Translations under genes and position numbers: made by a program
Shown here: positions 1 through 15,000 of the stretch, piece after piece
Layout: each line of letters opens with the position of its first letter
Position numbering within the stretch: the stretch's first letter is position 1
Notes under the pieces: generated by a model
Databases searched by the model: none
The model's input: only the letters and a program-made list of their open reading frames with translations
What the model was told of the DNA's origin: nothing
From: Lingula anatina
Lineage: Eukaryota; Animalia; Brachiopoda
Direction of reading: 5' to 3'
DNA: 64,000 nucleotides
Assembly (NCBI GenBank): GCA_051362555.1
Contig: CM120645.1
Location: forward strand, 5,704,001 to 5,768,000

Positions 1-145
1 ATTTGAAATCTGCATCCACCTGTGATTGTTATTTATTTATTTTTTTAGTTATTGATATATATTTATACAAATTTTCACCTTATTGGTGTGAAAGATTTAT
101 CTTGTGTTTAAGATTTTTGAATGGCATATTTGTCTTGAATTCCAG

Positions 146-2216
146 AGTTGGGGTGGCAAAGACAATGGTTTTGGTTTAGCGGAGTGTTGTCGTGATCTTC
201 CAATGAGTGTGAGTATAAGAAAACACTTACCTTGTTTTAGTAATAGAAATTTAGTCTAACACTAAAGAAATGAGGTCATTTGATTTTTTTCCAATTAATT
301 TAGACAAATAGAGTTTAGGCTAAAAATGTCAGAGTGAATATGGTTTGGATGTCAGAAATACCAATCATACTATTATCATACGCATTTGTATTTAAGTATT
401 TTAGAAGATTGATAGTGTTAAAGCATAATGCTACTGCTACAGAATAATGTTTTCTCTTGGTGAGGAGTATGATACACAGTCATCATTGTCTTAATGGACT
501 TCAGATGTTTTGTTATTATGTCAATAATTGTGAAAATGTATTCTTTTCCAATAACAGAGCTATCCCAGCACTGCCACCACTTTACACTTTGAGTTCTATG
601 CTGAAGCTGCTGAAGAAAAAGCAGGAAGCAAGAAGGTATTTAGTCTAAACCAAGAGTCATGCAAATGTTAAAGTGAGAAATAAATTGCTAATCATATTGA
701 TATAATTTAGCTGTATAGTCCTTCCAGTGCATTGTTAACCATTATTTTAAGAGGAGAAAGTTTGTTGTTACCTTCCTAAACCCACTCCAAACCCCTCCTT
801 CACTAAAAGTGCATTGAGTGTGAAAATAATTTGTCACTTTCACATGTAAAAAATGACACATTGTCCATTTTCCATAAACAACATCTAAATCTTCTCCTTT
901 GGAAAATGGTCTCTCTGCAGTTGATTTCATCAAATTATATCTTATAATCGTAACTTGAAAGTCTAATATATTTGAGAGAACAGTTTCATTAGTTCTGTAT
1001 GTATCAATTCAAATTATCAATTCAAAATATACCCACATATTTTACAAGCTCTTGATTAAAAAAAAATAATAATTTGAATCTGATATATTTATTATCCAGA
1101 ATACTTCTACAGTGTTGAATACTATCCACATAGAGGGTGTGGACCAGATCCAGAAACTGCCTTCCCAGATAATGGAGGACCTGCTTGCCAAATTCAATGT
1201 GCCAGAGGATAAAAAGGTACTATTATTTCATTTTGTCCTAAGCTTTAAATTGACATAGTACATAGTAAATTTTAAAGGTTACATGTATTAGCTTCCATTT
1301 ATTTCTGTTTAAATGGATCGCTGTATTTTTCCAAAAAGAATTGTAAATTTATAACATGACTTAATTATGAATTATACTAGAATATGTATCTTGTTTTCAA
1401 TGGCATTTCTTCTTTGACATTTTGATTTAATTTATGATTGAAATTAAATGTAGATGTATTTGGACAAATTTAAAGATGAACAATTATATTTCAGGTCTTG
1501 CTGTTCACCCACATCAGATTAGCCCACTCATTCTCAAGACATGACAGAAGATTGAAGTGTGTGCAAGCAAGGTTGCAGGCTATTTCTATATTAGGTAATT
1601 GTAGTTTTGCTGTCAGGAGTTGCTTGGAGTTTGTTTTACACAGTTACCAACAAATATTGTTGGACTTTCTGTACACAGTTCAGGTCAGTGTTCTTGCCCA
1701 TGGTTTTTCTCTAACCTGGTTTGGAAGTAGGATTTGATGCATACAAGAAGCATACTAGATTCAAAGTGGCCATTAAAACTATGTTTTTGGAAAGGATTTT
1801 TAATGAATTTTTCAATGAAGGTGTAGAATGTTTTTAAATATTTGACTCATCCTTCTAATTAATTGCTACTGTTTTACTTGCAGTGTATTCTAATGCCATT
1901 CAAGACAATGTCAACTCATTGCTGTACACTGGTCTAATAGAAGAACTAGTGGACATCGTGGAATTAAAGACTACTCAACTAGTGGTAAGTCATGTGAAGT
2001 GATTCAATTAGGGACACCTAAACACCAAGTGAAAATATTGACATATCTTTATTCAGTAGTTTGTTCCAAAATTGGTCTGGTATAACCCAAGTTTTCCATA
2101 GTTAATTTTACTTACTGAATTAAATTTTATGTTGTAGGAAATAAAGGCAGCAGCACTGAGGACCTTGACATCCATCATACATTTAGATAGGAATCCAAAG
2201 TGAGTAACTGGACCCC

Positions 2217-2248
<32 letters not shown>

Positions 2249-2969
2249 TTGTGGAAGCAAAGTGATAAAAAAACAGAGTTCCAATCAGTCTCTTAAAAAT
2301 GCTATAAGTTAACATTTCTCAGAATTTTCTTAAGAAGTGGGTTTATATTCACTTTCACGAGTTTATTCACTTTCACGAGTTTGCAGTTGGACTCCTTATT
2401 TTTGTGCCCCTTTGCCAATATTAACAATTTTTAAAAAAGGAAATGATATGTTTTATCAGTTAAAATGATAATTGAATTGTGAACATGCAAGACTGAATTT
2501 ATATTTCAGGTTGAATGCAATTATTGATGTAACTGGTGCTTCTTCCTACCATGGCTTTTTACCTGCTTTAGTCAGGAACTGCATACAACATATGATAGGT
2601 AGGTGTTACCAAGAATGTCTATTACCAGTATTTGGAGGTATACTTGCACTAAAATGATAGAGCATCAAAGGAAAAAAAAGAAACATTCACCAATATAACA
2701 ACCATTGCTTTCTGATGTAACATTTGATTAGGTAATTTTCTGAATAAAATGCTTGGATTAAAGTAAGAGCATTGGTTGTTTTATACTGTATTATCAGCTG
2801 TTACTTAATACAAAGAGTGGTTGCTTGGTTGTCTTGGTTCATATTATATTTATTACAGAAGTATTCTGTTTGATTTTGTAGATCCACAGTTGGATCCATA
2901 TCCCCAGCCATTTGCCACAGCACTCTTCTCCTTCCTGTACCACTTGGCAAGCTATGAAAGTGGTAAGTA

Positions 2970-3010
<41 letters not shown>

Positions 3011-6000
3011 TGTTATTTGAGAAATTATTAGTCTTTTTTAAACTTATTTTTTATTTATTTGTTTTTTATCAGGTGGCGAGGCTTTAGTGTCCTGTGGTAT
3101 GATGGAGTCTTTACTCAAGGTGATCAATTGGTATGGGGATGGACAGGAACACATTACAGTGAGTGTCTCTGTAACTGTTTGCTTGTCAACGAAGTGGTTT
3201 GCAGTTGTGAAATGTTGGAGATTTTTACATAAGTCTATGAGGAAAAAAGTGCCATGATAAATGGAAAGGATTAAAATAATGATAATCTTGTATGCCTTGA
3301 ATACAATTGTAGGCCTGCGAGACTTATTGTATACAATTTGTACATGAACATCTTTTGGTTAATTAAAGTTGTTGTTTGGTTTCAGTTTGTGACCAGAGCT
3401 GTCCGAGTAGTGGACCTGATCACCAACCTGGACATGGCAGCTTTCCAGTCTCACCAGGGACTCACAGCATTCATCAACAGGCTGGAGGTAAGATAGCTAG
3501 GCTACTAAAGATATTTGTACTTAAAACAGCAGATTTGGTGGTTTAAGTACCATTATTACCAGCTCGAAAGAGGGATGGGGCAGAGTAGGGAGAAAATTTT
3601 TTTTTCTCTTTTACAAATATGGCTTGAATGTATAGTTATAACCAAATATATATTATTGTGCAGTGGTAAATTTAAGATATCTCTTCAAATACCCATTATT
3701 TTTATTCATGAATGGGTCTTGAGACTGTATGGCATTTTAAGATGGTGACTTATCTGTTGGTTAAATAGAATTCAATTTAAAACCTAAATGGTGGTTAGGT
3801 TTCTGTCTCAGTGATGAATTAATACCAAAGACAAGCATATGTCTGATCATAGTGCTGACAGAAGTATGATTCTGAGAGCAATTTTAGTACCCAAAACATA
3901 TAAAAAGAGAAAAAAAGTGAGGAGTTATATTAAAATTGAACATGACTGCTGTAGTTTGACATTTAATGATAGGTACTGGAAAGATGTTGAGAGTCTCATA
4001 GAATAATTTTTCCTCATCAGCATGAAGTTGAAATCTGCCGTAGAGAACAACCTTTTGTTATCCGGCCCACCAGGAGTGAGTCCATCTCCAGTATTGAGTA
4101 CCCCCACTCCCCCATGTCCCCGGGGAGGTCAGCGACCACCACCCCCATGGACACCGACCATGTTACCATGACAACCAGTGCGTCATCAGTGGAGGGCACA
4201 GAGGACCACAGTGGAACTACTGCTGCTGCAGCTGCGGGCGTCAACCAGGGTGCTTCGACTTCAACTGGGACAGACAATGAGACTGTTTCTTCACAAAAGA
4301 CATGTGAACTGCCGGATTACAGTGCAGCCAAAACAGGTATGATCTTGTTGGTCTTTTTGTTGACTTTAGTGAGCACTAGTTGCAAAGATTGAATAAATCT
4401 CAACATATCTTTAGTTGAAGATTGGATTTATGATTTGGCAGTTTTCTCGTGTTGTGTATTGATTGCTGTAGTTGCACACCAGTTTTCCATAATTGATGTA
4501 GAGATGCTGGATGAGATCTCTGGAGATTTCAGTATCTTGTGAGATTACACTGGAGTAAAGATGGGATTAGCTTCAGTTTGGTTACATGTGTACGGAAAAT
4601 CCTCAGTCATCCTATAAAGTAAAGCATTTTGTTTTTTAGGAACTCCATATTTTGAAAATGTAGATGATGCCATGTTGTATCAAAACAATATGATATTTTA
4701 TGGGCATTTTGAACCTAAGTGTTGTTATATTTCATTTCTGTCAGGTTTATATAGATACTCTTGCTAACTTTATTTCTATACAGTTTACAGTCTTAGTGTA
4801 TGATAAAATGGAGATATTACAGTTGTCTTCATCTTGGATATTCAGGTTTTCAGTGCTTCCCCCAGAGGGCTGCCCTCTTAAAGTCTATGTTGAATTTCTT
4901 GAAAAAAGCAATTCCTGATCCAGCATTCTCGGAGAGCATTAGACATTGTGAGTAGCTCTTTAAAGTCAGTTATTTTTTCCCCAACAGATATTAGCTAACA
5001 ACTCAGACTTATTCATCATCATCATTACGTTCTGAATAATAACACCCTATATGCTTCTTTTTCCTCAGACCAGCACGTATTAAAATTTCAGTCTTGATGT
5101 TTTATCATGTATTGGAATTCTCTTCCATTAGTCAGATCATTGCCTTTTAAAGTTTAAGTAAAAATTTAGAAAGTTGCTGGATTTTGCATGAAATATTCAG
5201 AAGCAGGAGAAATTTAAAGATGGGAATGATTTCTTATTTTTCTAGCATTCCAATCAGGTTCTTCACTATACTAGAAATTGAGTACAACGTACGATAGTTG
5301 TGAGCTCATTACAAAGTTTGTTGGTTTATTTTCAGTGATGGATGGCTCTCTGCCTAGATCTCTGAAACATATTATTAGCAATGCAGAGTACTATGGGCCT
5401 TCTTTGTTCCTGTTAGGTAAGAATGGAAAGTGTGATTCATGATGTGCATTTCTGTGTCATTTTTGACGCATGACTGATGACATATATGTTTTAATATGAT
5501 AGTTGTATTTTCACTGCTGTTGTAATCTTTCTACATATTTGTCTGTTGTCATTTTTATTTAAAGTTTGGATAAAGTTGGCCATGTTTTCAAATTGATATT
5601 TTTGCCCATAATACCTCAGTGAACTAAATTTAAAATCAAAGGAAAGTTGATGGAGTTATAAAAACATTTAGGTTGTCTTTTTAACAATAAACATGAAATA
5701 AATTATGCTCTTTGGTGTGAAATATAAAAGTGGATTTACCATGCATTACAATTATACTTTTCTAGCCACAGATGTTGTGACAGTGTATGTATTCCAAGAA
5801 CCCTCTCTCCTCTCCTCTCTACAAGATAACGGACTCACAGATGTCGTCTTACATGCTTTGCTCATTAAAGATGTAAGTATTCATTTAGTGTCAGTAGAGC
5901 AGTCTACAAATGTCAAATTACTTGTGTTTTAGTAATTGTACAGACAGAGCATTTATCTGATAAAATTGATGTGCAATGAAGCAGAATCATAAAGAAAAAA

Positions 6001-9000
6001 GTTTGCCAAAGTGTTCTAGACTAGTGCTAGCATTTTATCTACCTATTTTTATTGTGTTGATAATTGAGTTAAACAAACAGATTCCAATTTTCAGTGTCAC
6101 GTTTTGGTAATTGATCAATCTTAATGAAATCATTATTTGTAAGTTTGAACAGGCAGCCAGTACGGTCAGTTAAAGCGAGTCCATCTAGATGAATGTCTTT
6201 CTTATATTTCACCTTCCTCACATTTATCTCTCAATTCCATCACCCAGGTTCCCGCCACCAGAGAGGTTCTTGCCTCTCTGCCCAATGTGTTCAGTGCTCT
6301 GTGCCTGAACACCCGAGGTCTGCAGTCGTTTGTGGAGTGCAAACCATTTGACCGCCTCTTCAAGGTGCTGCTCTCACCTGACTACTTACCAGCCATGAGG
6401 AGGCGGAGGAGCTCAGACCCACTAGGTAATGGTGAAAGATTCACTGTAGGCTGATAGAGGAGTGTTGTTATTCTGCTAAAATTCTTTTGTCAACTTAGAA
6501 TTACTAAGCTTTTGATGAAAAGCTGATCAATATAATGACACCTTTGTTCACATTCCAGGAGACACAGCCAGCAATCTGGGCAATGCCATGGATGAACTGA
6601 TGAGACATCAACCCTCTCTCAGGACAGAGGCCACCAAGGCTATTATCAAGGTAAGTATTGCTAGCAGTGGACCTTCTGTTTTGATACAGTGACCAAGGCC
6701 TAAGGGCAGTAGTAAAGTTTTTAGTTGTGATACGGTTAGTTTATGGAATCTTTTAACTTTGATGTCTTTCCTCGACTGTTTTGAAAATTGTTTTACTGCA
6801 GTGCATTTTGCTGCAAGAATTGAACTTAAAAGTTCTGTGCAATTGTTATTTTGGATCACCATAAAAAGAATGAATAATTTGGAACTTTACACCAGCAATT
6901 TAAAAAATGGTGTATATTGGTGTGATTGTATTGCTAGCTGTTGGAGGAAGTCTGTTCCATGGGCCAAGATGTCAAGTACATTTGCCAGAAGCCAGCCCCC
7001 AAGGCAGAACTAGCAGCAGCCATCAACCTGCGGCCTCCCACACCCAATGATGCAGGCTCCTCAGAGGACGAGGATGATGAAGACGATGGCGCCAGCACCA
7101 CCAGTCAGACCAAACCCACAGAGCCATCTGGTGGAGAGGGTACAGCTCAGGATGGATCAGCGTGAGTAGAGTTATATGATATTATGTATCATGTTTATCT
7201 TAATGCTTTTTTCATGCATAGTGTAGACAATTTTTATTTTCTGTTGAATATTTTATTAAAAGTTAAGACAGTGAGTTAGTTTTTTTAAACTTTATCCACA
7301 TCAAGGAATTTAGTATCATATAGTTGTTGTGCATTGTAGATTGTTTTAGGCAGTAGTGTTGATAAACTGAAATAAAATGCTTACATTGTTACTGTCATTG
7401 TTTTCAGCCCCTCTACCTCCCAGGAAAGAATTGCAATACCCTTAATGGATTATGTTCTCAATGTGGTAAGGGAAAGATCAATACATTAATCTGATTAAAA
7501 AGATACCGATAACAATATTTTGAACTATTATTTCATTGCCCAGAGGATAATGGTGTCTAGAGGGTAGCTACAAAGGTGGTGTTAGTCCCTTGCATTTGCA
7601 TTTGATCTCCACCCAGAATAGTCATTGTATCTGTGTGGAATAAAGCAGTGCTAGAGGAACACAAGTTAATCAGTCCAAGTACAGTGTCCATGGTTACACA
7701 GTACTGTTATTAATCTTGTCACATGATATAACACAGTAATCAGCTGAGGTATTTCTGAAGTGATTTAATTTTTGATAATGAAGAAGTTTCAGATAGATTA
7801 TATTGAGTGAGTGAGTGTTATCAAAGTGTTCTAGACTAATCAAAACTGCATCAATGGTTGTGATATGGTAGAAAAATCAGAAAATTCTGGAAATGCATGT
7901 AACATTATTGCTTTTCAAAGCAAGTAAAGTTGGCCAGTTTAAATGGTTAACTCTCTGCCTCATTTTCAGATGAAGTTTGTGGAGTCCATCTTGAGCAATA
8001 ACACCACAGATGACCACTGCAGGGAGTTTGTGAGTCAGAAGGGGCTGGGTCCATTGATGGGCATCCTGGGTCTCCCCAATCTCCCCATAGACTTCCCAGC
8101 CTCTCCATCCTGCCAGGCAGTGGCCAGTGTATGCAAGTCTGTGCTGGTAAGAACAATTAAGTCTCTCATTGTTTATCGTTTCTGTTGGCACAATTTGTGA
8201 GGTTCTTTAATGCTGTGTCATGAGTAAAGACTTCATCTTTTCTACAGAATGACACATGATATCCTATAAGCAAGCCCTAGTGATTAGTGTCCCAAGTTGT
8301 CTACTTCAAATTATCTTATATTAGTTAATGTAAGATCTGTTATAGAAGACCTTCGATATTGATACTAGATAAAAATAGATTGAGGATTTTGCTACTAATA
8401 CCCTGATCCACCTTTTTCCACGAACCAATTTGCCTTTGAAACAGTAGGGTACAGCAATTAAACATATCTTGTACTTTTTAAGCTATTTACAATAATGTTT
8501 ACTATCAATTCCAGACACTGTCTCATGAGCCACAAGTACTAAAACAGGGCCTGCTGCAATTGAATGAGGTCTTACAGTCCTTGGAACCTCTGCACAAACC
8601 CCTGCCGCCCCCTGGTGGTTCTGTGCTGCTCCGGGAACTGGTGAATTCCAACAATGTCCTTGAGGCCATTCACTCTGCCAGTGCCACCCCCTTGCTCCAT
8701 GCTGTCTCTTCAGCACATGCCTATATCATGATGTTTGTGCATGTGTGCAGAGTAGGGCAGGTAGGTGTAATGTAATAAATCCTACAGTTTTGTGATTTCT
8801 TTATGTAAATGCTACTATGATGTGTGCCCTTTTTTTGGACTCCAGTGCTCAAATCACTGGTCATAATTTCTATTTTCAGTCAACACCTTTATCATATTGG
8901 TTATTGATATATGAGCTTATGGTTTTTAAGTTGCAGAGAATTACTGTACAAATAGCAGTATTATGAATTTATTAATTGGCACTCACATCATATATATTCC

Positions 9001-12000
9001 AGAGTGACATCCGCAGCATCTCTGTGAGTCACTGGGGCTCTGAGCTGGGGCTTCAGGTCCTCAAGGGTCTTAGCCAGCTGTACACATCTCTGGTGTGGGA
9101 GAGCACCGTCCTCCTCTCCCTGTGCAGCGAGGACATCCTTCCACCTGGCTGTGAGTTTGGCAAAGTGGACATGGAGAAACTTTTGCCCAAGGATTTTAAG
9201 GTGGACAAAGAGACCAAGGGTGGGGACGAGGCCGGGAAACTGACTAGAAGCAGTGGAGAGACAGGCAGTAATGGGGTCAGTGCTGCCATGGAAACCCTGA
9301 CCACATCAGAAGCGGCAGACAGTCCGATGGACATAGACATTGTGCCCAGCACTGCTGGGGGAGAGACAGAAGGGAAGAAACAAAAAATATCAGCCAAATT
9401 ACAAACTCAGATCAAACAAATAAAACCCCTGTTATCAGCCTCATCGCGGCTGGGACGGGCATTGGCGGAGTTGTTTGGCCTATTAGTTAAACTGTGTGTG
9501 GGGTCTCCAATTAGACACAGGAGGAGTCACCAGATCCCACCCCCACCCACTACCCCCTCTCCGGCAGCAAGGGCGGTGGCCTCTGCGCTCATGAAGCTGC
9601 TGGGTAATGGGTTGTCATGGGAACCACCCCCAGCTGCCCCAGTGCCAAAGTTAAGGTAAGAGACAGAAGGGGCTTATGAGAAAAATTAAAAGGAATAAAA
9701 CTGTAAAAAAAAACAAAAAAAAAAAAAACAAACAAACACCAAAGATTTGTCATCAGGAAGTGATAAGAAGCACAGTAAATGAACTTTTTGTTGTTAAGTA
9801 GACATTTTTGTAGAAATGATATTAGAGATTGTGTATTAACTGGAGAGCAACTTGAATAAATGTAAACTATTAAATAGACCATTTTGATTTTCGTTTCAGG
9901 TTGACATTCTTGATTTGCTCAGTTGGCTTCACAGCCCCATTATTATTTGACAATGACAAATATCCATATTATCTGATGCTGCAAAAGTTTTTATCCTGTG
10001 GAGGACATGATGCACTCTTCAAGTAAGCATGGTTGTAGAAATATAATATTTTATGTACCTGGGAGTATAAAAGCTTTCCCACAGGCAGTAGGCTGTACAT
10101 GTGTTTTACATGAGAATACTTGAGATTTAGATGTTGAAGGATCGAAAACAACGCTGAATTTAAATCCTGACAGAATTGCTAAAGCAATTTGTTCACTAAT
10201 AAGCATGGTGTATTGTTGATTGTTGACACTGTACCATACCTGTCGAAAATTGTAGAAAAATCTCCTGTTTTTAAGCCACTAAGAAAGAAAGAAAGGAATT
10301 TACAATGAGGATGTCAGAAATCACTGTAAACTTGCATGTATAATGAATGACCTTTTATATATCTCCAGTGCATTTGAGTGGGCATTGTCGTGTGGCGGCA
10401 CAGTAAGTTTAGATGAAGGGTTAGAGACCCCAGAGCTACCTGATGGTACTGGGGAGTTCCTGGATGCCTGGCTAATGCTGATTGAGAAGATGGTGAATAC
10501 CAAGCACATCCTGGAGTCTCCACACAAACTGCCAGCCAAGTCCACACAGCCCGGCTTTGTGCCCTTCAGTTCTGTGCAATATCTAGTGCATACTCAAAAG
10601 GTGAGGAAATATCCCGTTTCCAGAACAAAATGACATCTTTAAGCCCTGTTAATTTTAAGGAGAGGAGAATAAGACCAATTGATTGCTACAGAAGTGCATA
10701 AAATGCGCTTAAAAGTTAAAAGAGTAGGATTCCACTGCCTCAACCCTGTTTTTCTTGTCAGAACTGGCAGGTAATCGAGTTACCTAGATTAGAATTTTGA
10801 GATGTGGATGATAAAAATAGGTAGGCGTTTTACTATTTTCCTAGATTGAATAAAGGAGTTGGCCCAATGATGCCTTCCAAGCACATAACCAAACTTTGTA
10901 ATGAGGAGATTTGTCACTGAGGGCCACACTCAATAGCAGAGATGAAATTTATAAAAAATTTCACTTTTCAACTTGTCTATTGCTGAAGTGTAATCAATTG
11001 GTTACTAAATTGTCCTTTTTGGGCTCCTTTCTAAGCTGTTACAGATCATTTATTTGACCGAAACACAACCTTTTGGGGGCTGCTACACAAATTATAACCA
11101 TTGATGTGGTTGTTTAGTTAATTCACCTCTGACCTTTTAAAATTAACCAAGGTGTAACACTGTTTATGATTGGATATTTGACTGACCTCTGACCTTTTTC
11201 AGGCTGCTTTCCAAGCTGTGATGCATCTGTGGGGTAGGAAGCCACTGAAAGTGTATGGCAGCCGTATGTCTGAGTCCATCCTGGCCATCTTGTGCCACAT
11301 TATCAAAGGGGAAGCTGTGATCAAGGTGAGAGATTTTTTTATGATTGACAAATTCTTTTGGGGCTACCAAAAATTAACCTGATTAATGAACAGAAAAAAG
11401 ATGGAATTGTTTATTAACATTTTTTCTGTCTAAGTCATAAAGTAAGGAAAGGTATGTTTAATTTTGAAGGTGTAAGATACTGAAATATGGGGACAGTGGT
11501 GCACAATGGAGAAATGGATGGTTCCATACGTGAACATGACTTCTTATAACATAGCAATAATGTCAGAATCAAATAAAGTTTTATCCAAATTTTTGTGAGT
11601 ACGTATACACATAATATCAAACAAGAGGTGTGTAATAATTTAACTGTTTTAACTACCTGTCAGTTTTTATGTAACAAAGTTGATACTGGTTGAAATTAAT
11701 ATCAGAAGAACCTAAAAAGTTGTACCATTGAACTTTGCACTACTAAACATGGTGTAGTTGTTGATTGTTGACACTATACCATACCTGTCTGGTGCTACAT
11801 CAAATGATTGCTAGGCTATTCCCTCCTGTACAGAACTTAGCCTGCCTGGAGATTATTCACTAGCATACATGTTTATAATGCTTTTCGGACTTGATGTGAT
11901 TATGTTCATAGTTAGATGAAGTGACTGATAATAAAATCTTTAAATGGTTAGGATAATAAAGGTACAGTTTTGTATTTTCAAAAAGATCTTTAAGTGACAA

Positions 12001-15000
12001 TTTGATCAGCTTAAGTTCAATTTGACATGACAAAGATGATAAGATTAACTCATCGCTTTTGTAAATATTTATTGACTTATTTGTTTATAATTTTATTGTA
12101 GGAAAAACTGGCCAAAGAATTGGAGGAAAGTGGTTCAGAGCAAGCGTCTGCATCTGGTTCTAGCACAGGTGTAGGTGGCACTGCTGCAGCTCCAGTTGTT
12201 CCGCCAGTCAGACAGGAGCCGGAGCTGAATCCACAGCACCTGCAACAGGTAGGATACTGGACAGAATGTTCTTTAGCTTAAAAAAAAAATCTTGTTTGGT
12301 TACTTGATTGCCGATATGAAAAAGAAGAAAGAAACTGCTACGTTGATTACTCTTTTTGGGGGATGGGGTATTAATATGCCATTGTGAGAGCCATGGTGTT
12401 GTATAAAATTTGTATAAACTCGGTGGACAAATGGGTTTTAAAGAGAATCATAATACTATTGATTTGACAGAGAGAGAGAGAGGGTGAGTGTTATATATTG
12501 ACATATTGTAATAACCTCTGTCTATACTACTATTTCAGTTGATGGACATGGGGTTCACCCGTGAACACTGTGCTGATGCTCTTCTCCACACCACAGGACT
12601 GGAGCAGGCCACAGAATACCTGCTGACCCACCCTGTCCCTGCACCAGCACTACAGGTCAGTCTGCTCTTATAACTAAAAAGGTGCAAATGCCTCGTAGTA
12701 AACTACCAGGGAAATTGTCCATTTTTTCTCTAGACTACATAATATTTTATTTTGATATTTCTCAGTGCTGCCCATTTTGTGTCTGTTCCCATCTTTTGTG
12801 GAAATCCAGAATTTTAAGCACATACTATGTGTAACGTATACAGTATAACATACACTGTGTGACATATACAGTGTAAAATATACTTTCTAGTAACATATTC
12901 TGTATCATTTTCCTTGTAGTAACATATCCTGTGCGTAGGATATACTATGTGTAGCATATACTATGTGTAATGTATACAGTGAGGAGATGTAAACTTATAT
13001 TTCCCTGTCACCAGGTGAGTGGTCTCCAGGACAGCCTGGGTCTAGATGTAGACATGGTGGAGACAGAGGAGGACCAGATGATGAGAGCTATAGCCATGTC
13101 TCTAGGAGAGAATGTTATCATGTCCACTGATGGGGTAAGTGGATGTGATATTATCAGTCTGATAGTATAAGACACACGCAATCATTTTTCTTTGTCATTT
13201 TTTTGGTGCTTTTATATGAATTATATTGGGTATTACATGGATGTAGCATTGTTTTTGTCATCGCTTACTGGTGAATAATAGTTTCAGTTTCCAATTTCTA
13301 CTTTGAAGTATGAGCTACCTTAAGTGTTTTGATTGTTTGATCTGCATAAGCAATATATACATTTTGAGATTGTCATTTTATGTTTTAAGTAAGTATTGAC
13401 TAATGATGATCTTATTTTACCTACAGCAGGACCAGCAGAAGAAAGAGGAGGAAGAAAAGAAAAAGAAAGAGCAAGAAGAGGTTGAGCAGGATAAACAGAG
13501 AAAGGAAGATCCATTAGAAAAAGAAGTTATTGACCACTTCACTGACACTATGATACCAGGTAATGGATTTTTTAATTGGCCATTTTGTTTTTCATCACGT
13601 TGTTGTGTAAGGAGTGCTGCTTCAAATGTTGTTTTCTGTAGAACAAATGTAAGACAAAAATAAAGGAAGGTTTCCATTGAAGAAATCCTAAGTAAAAATC
13701 AAAACTCCTAACTACTTGAGCATCAGAGTAATTTCATTCAGGAATATAAGGTTTTTGAGACACATGACTGATTGCAGTCAAAGATTGAAAAATCCAATTT
13801 TTCTTTTTTAGTGAAAAATTTAAGGTTAACATTTTTGTATACTAAATGCTAGTATTGTCTCTACTAATCAGGTTGTCTGAAGTTGCTGGACACCCTACCA
13901 GAGACAGTGTACAGAGTGTGTGACCTGTTAGTGGTGGTGACACAGAGGAATGGAGACAAGTGGAGAGCCAACATGCTGGAGTGTATAGCACACGAGGTGA
14001 GAGCATTTGTTGTTATCATCATTATTATTCATTTTTGGTTGATTAAATCAGATACGACTGATCTTTAAGGCAGTCTCTAAATCTTTTATTCCATTCTTGG
14101 GATTGAACCATTCTTTTCTCACATCTACCACTCTTGTATCACTTTTCTCTATAAAGAACACTTAAGGTGACACCAGTGGAGCTCTGTGACGAAAACTGAT
14201 GAACAGAAGTGTTCAAAAGTACTCACTCAAACACAAAAACCATGTTGACTTAAGGATTTTTCTGAGAGTTCCCTATAATCTAACTTTCTATATTCTGACA
14301 AAATAAGGCATTAATTTCTAGTCGGAATGTAAAAATAAAAGTTCAGTGAATATAAATGCAGATTCCTCTTCGCTAAAATTGTCTTTGTATGATAGTAATA
14401 ATTTTACCAAGCTAAATATGAGACTACTGCAATAAGTGTACCCAAACATTCCTGTTGTAAAATGTGTACTCTTTGTTCCAGACTTTTCCCAGACATTTCA
14501 TAACCATGTCATTGTGTATTTTTCCACCCTAGATCTCCGTCTGTGCCAGTAAGATCCTGGAGGCCTGTCAACCCTTAACCACATCTGACACCAGGACAGT
14601 GTCCGAGTGGGCCAGTGGACTGTCCAGCATGCCGGAGGCTAGTAGACTGGCCACCAGGCTCCACCTGCTGACTTTACTGGCTGAGGTGAGCAGTTTGTGC
14701 GTGTGTGTGTGCATGCATGTTCTGCTCGTACACATTTTAGGTTGTCCAGTCAAGCTGAAAGAACATGCTCTTAGATATTGCCTTATACTGGTCAAGTTAT
14801 GAAAGAATAATTTGAAAAAAGTTGCAGCACCAGTCAGTTTTCTGAAGAAAGAATTATAAGAATTTCAGATCAAGAAGCTTTTGTGATTTCATGTATTTTG
14901 TAAGTGAAAATGTATGTATTTGTGATAATATATGTCAAATTATCTATAGTTTAGTGCATGGATGAATTACTTCCAGCAGTTACTACTGTGGTAGCTGGAG

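Noticed and set aside
3231-3325. Possible C/D snoRNA (aagtc-ATGAGGA...gactt)
   Set aside because: No proper D box and no recognisable guide.
4478-4620. Possible H/ACA-like double hairpin
   Set aside because: Boxes and spacing are unconvincing; the target match is only ~8 nt.
8823-8870. Resemblance to the 5' end of SNORA26
   Set aside because: No closing stem, H box or second hairpin.
9053-9397. Antisense ORFs over HUWE1/BAP1 exons (also 37798, 41298, 56301 etc.)
   Set aside because: Shadows of GC-richer coding exons; no independent coding signal.
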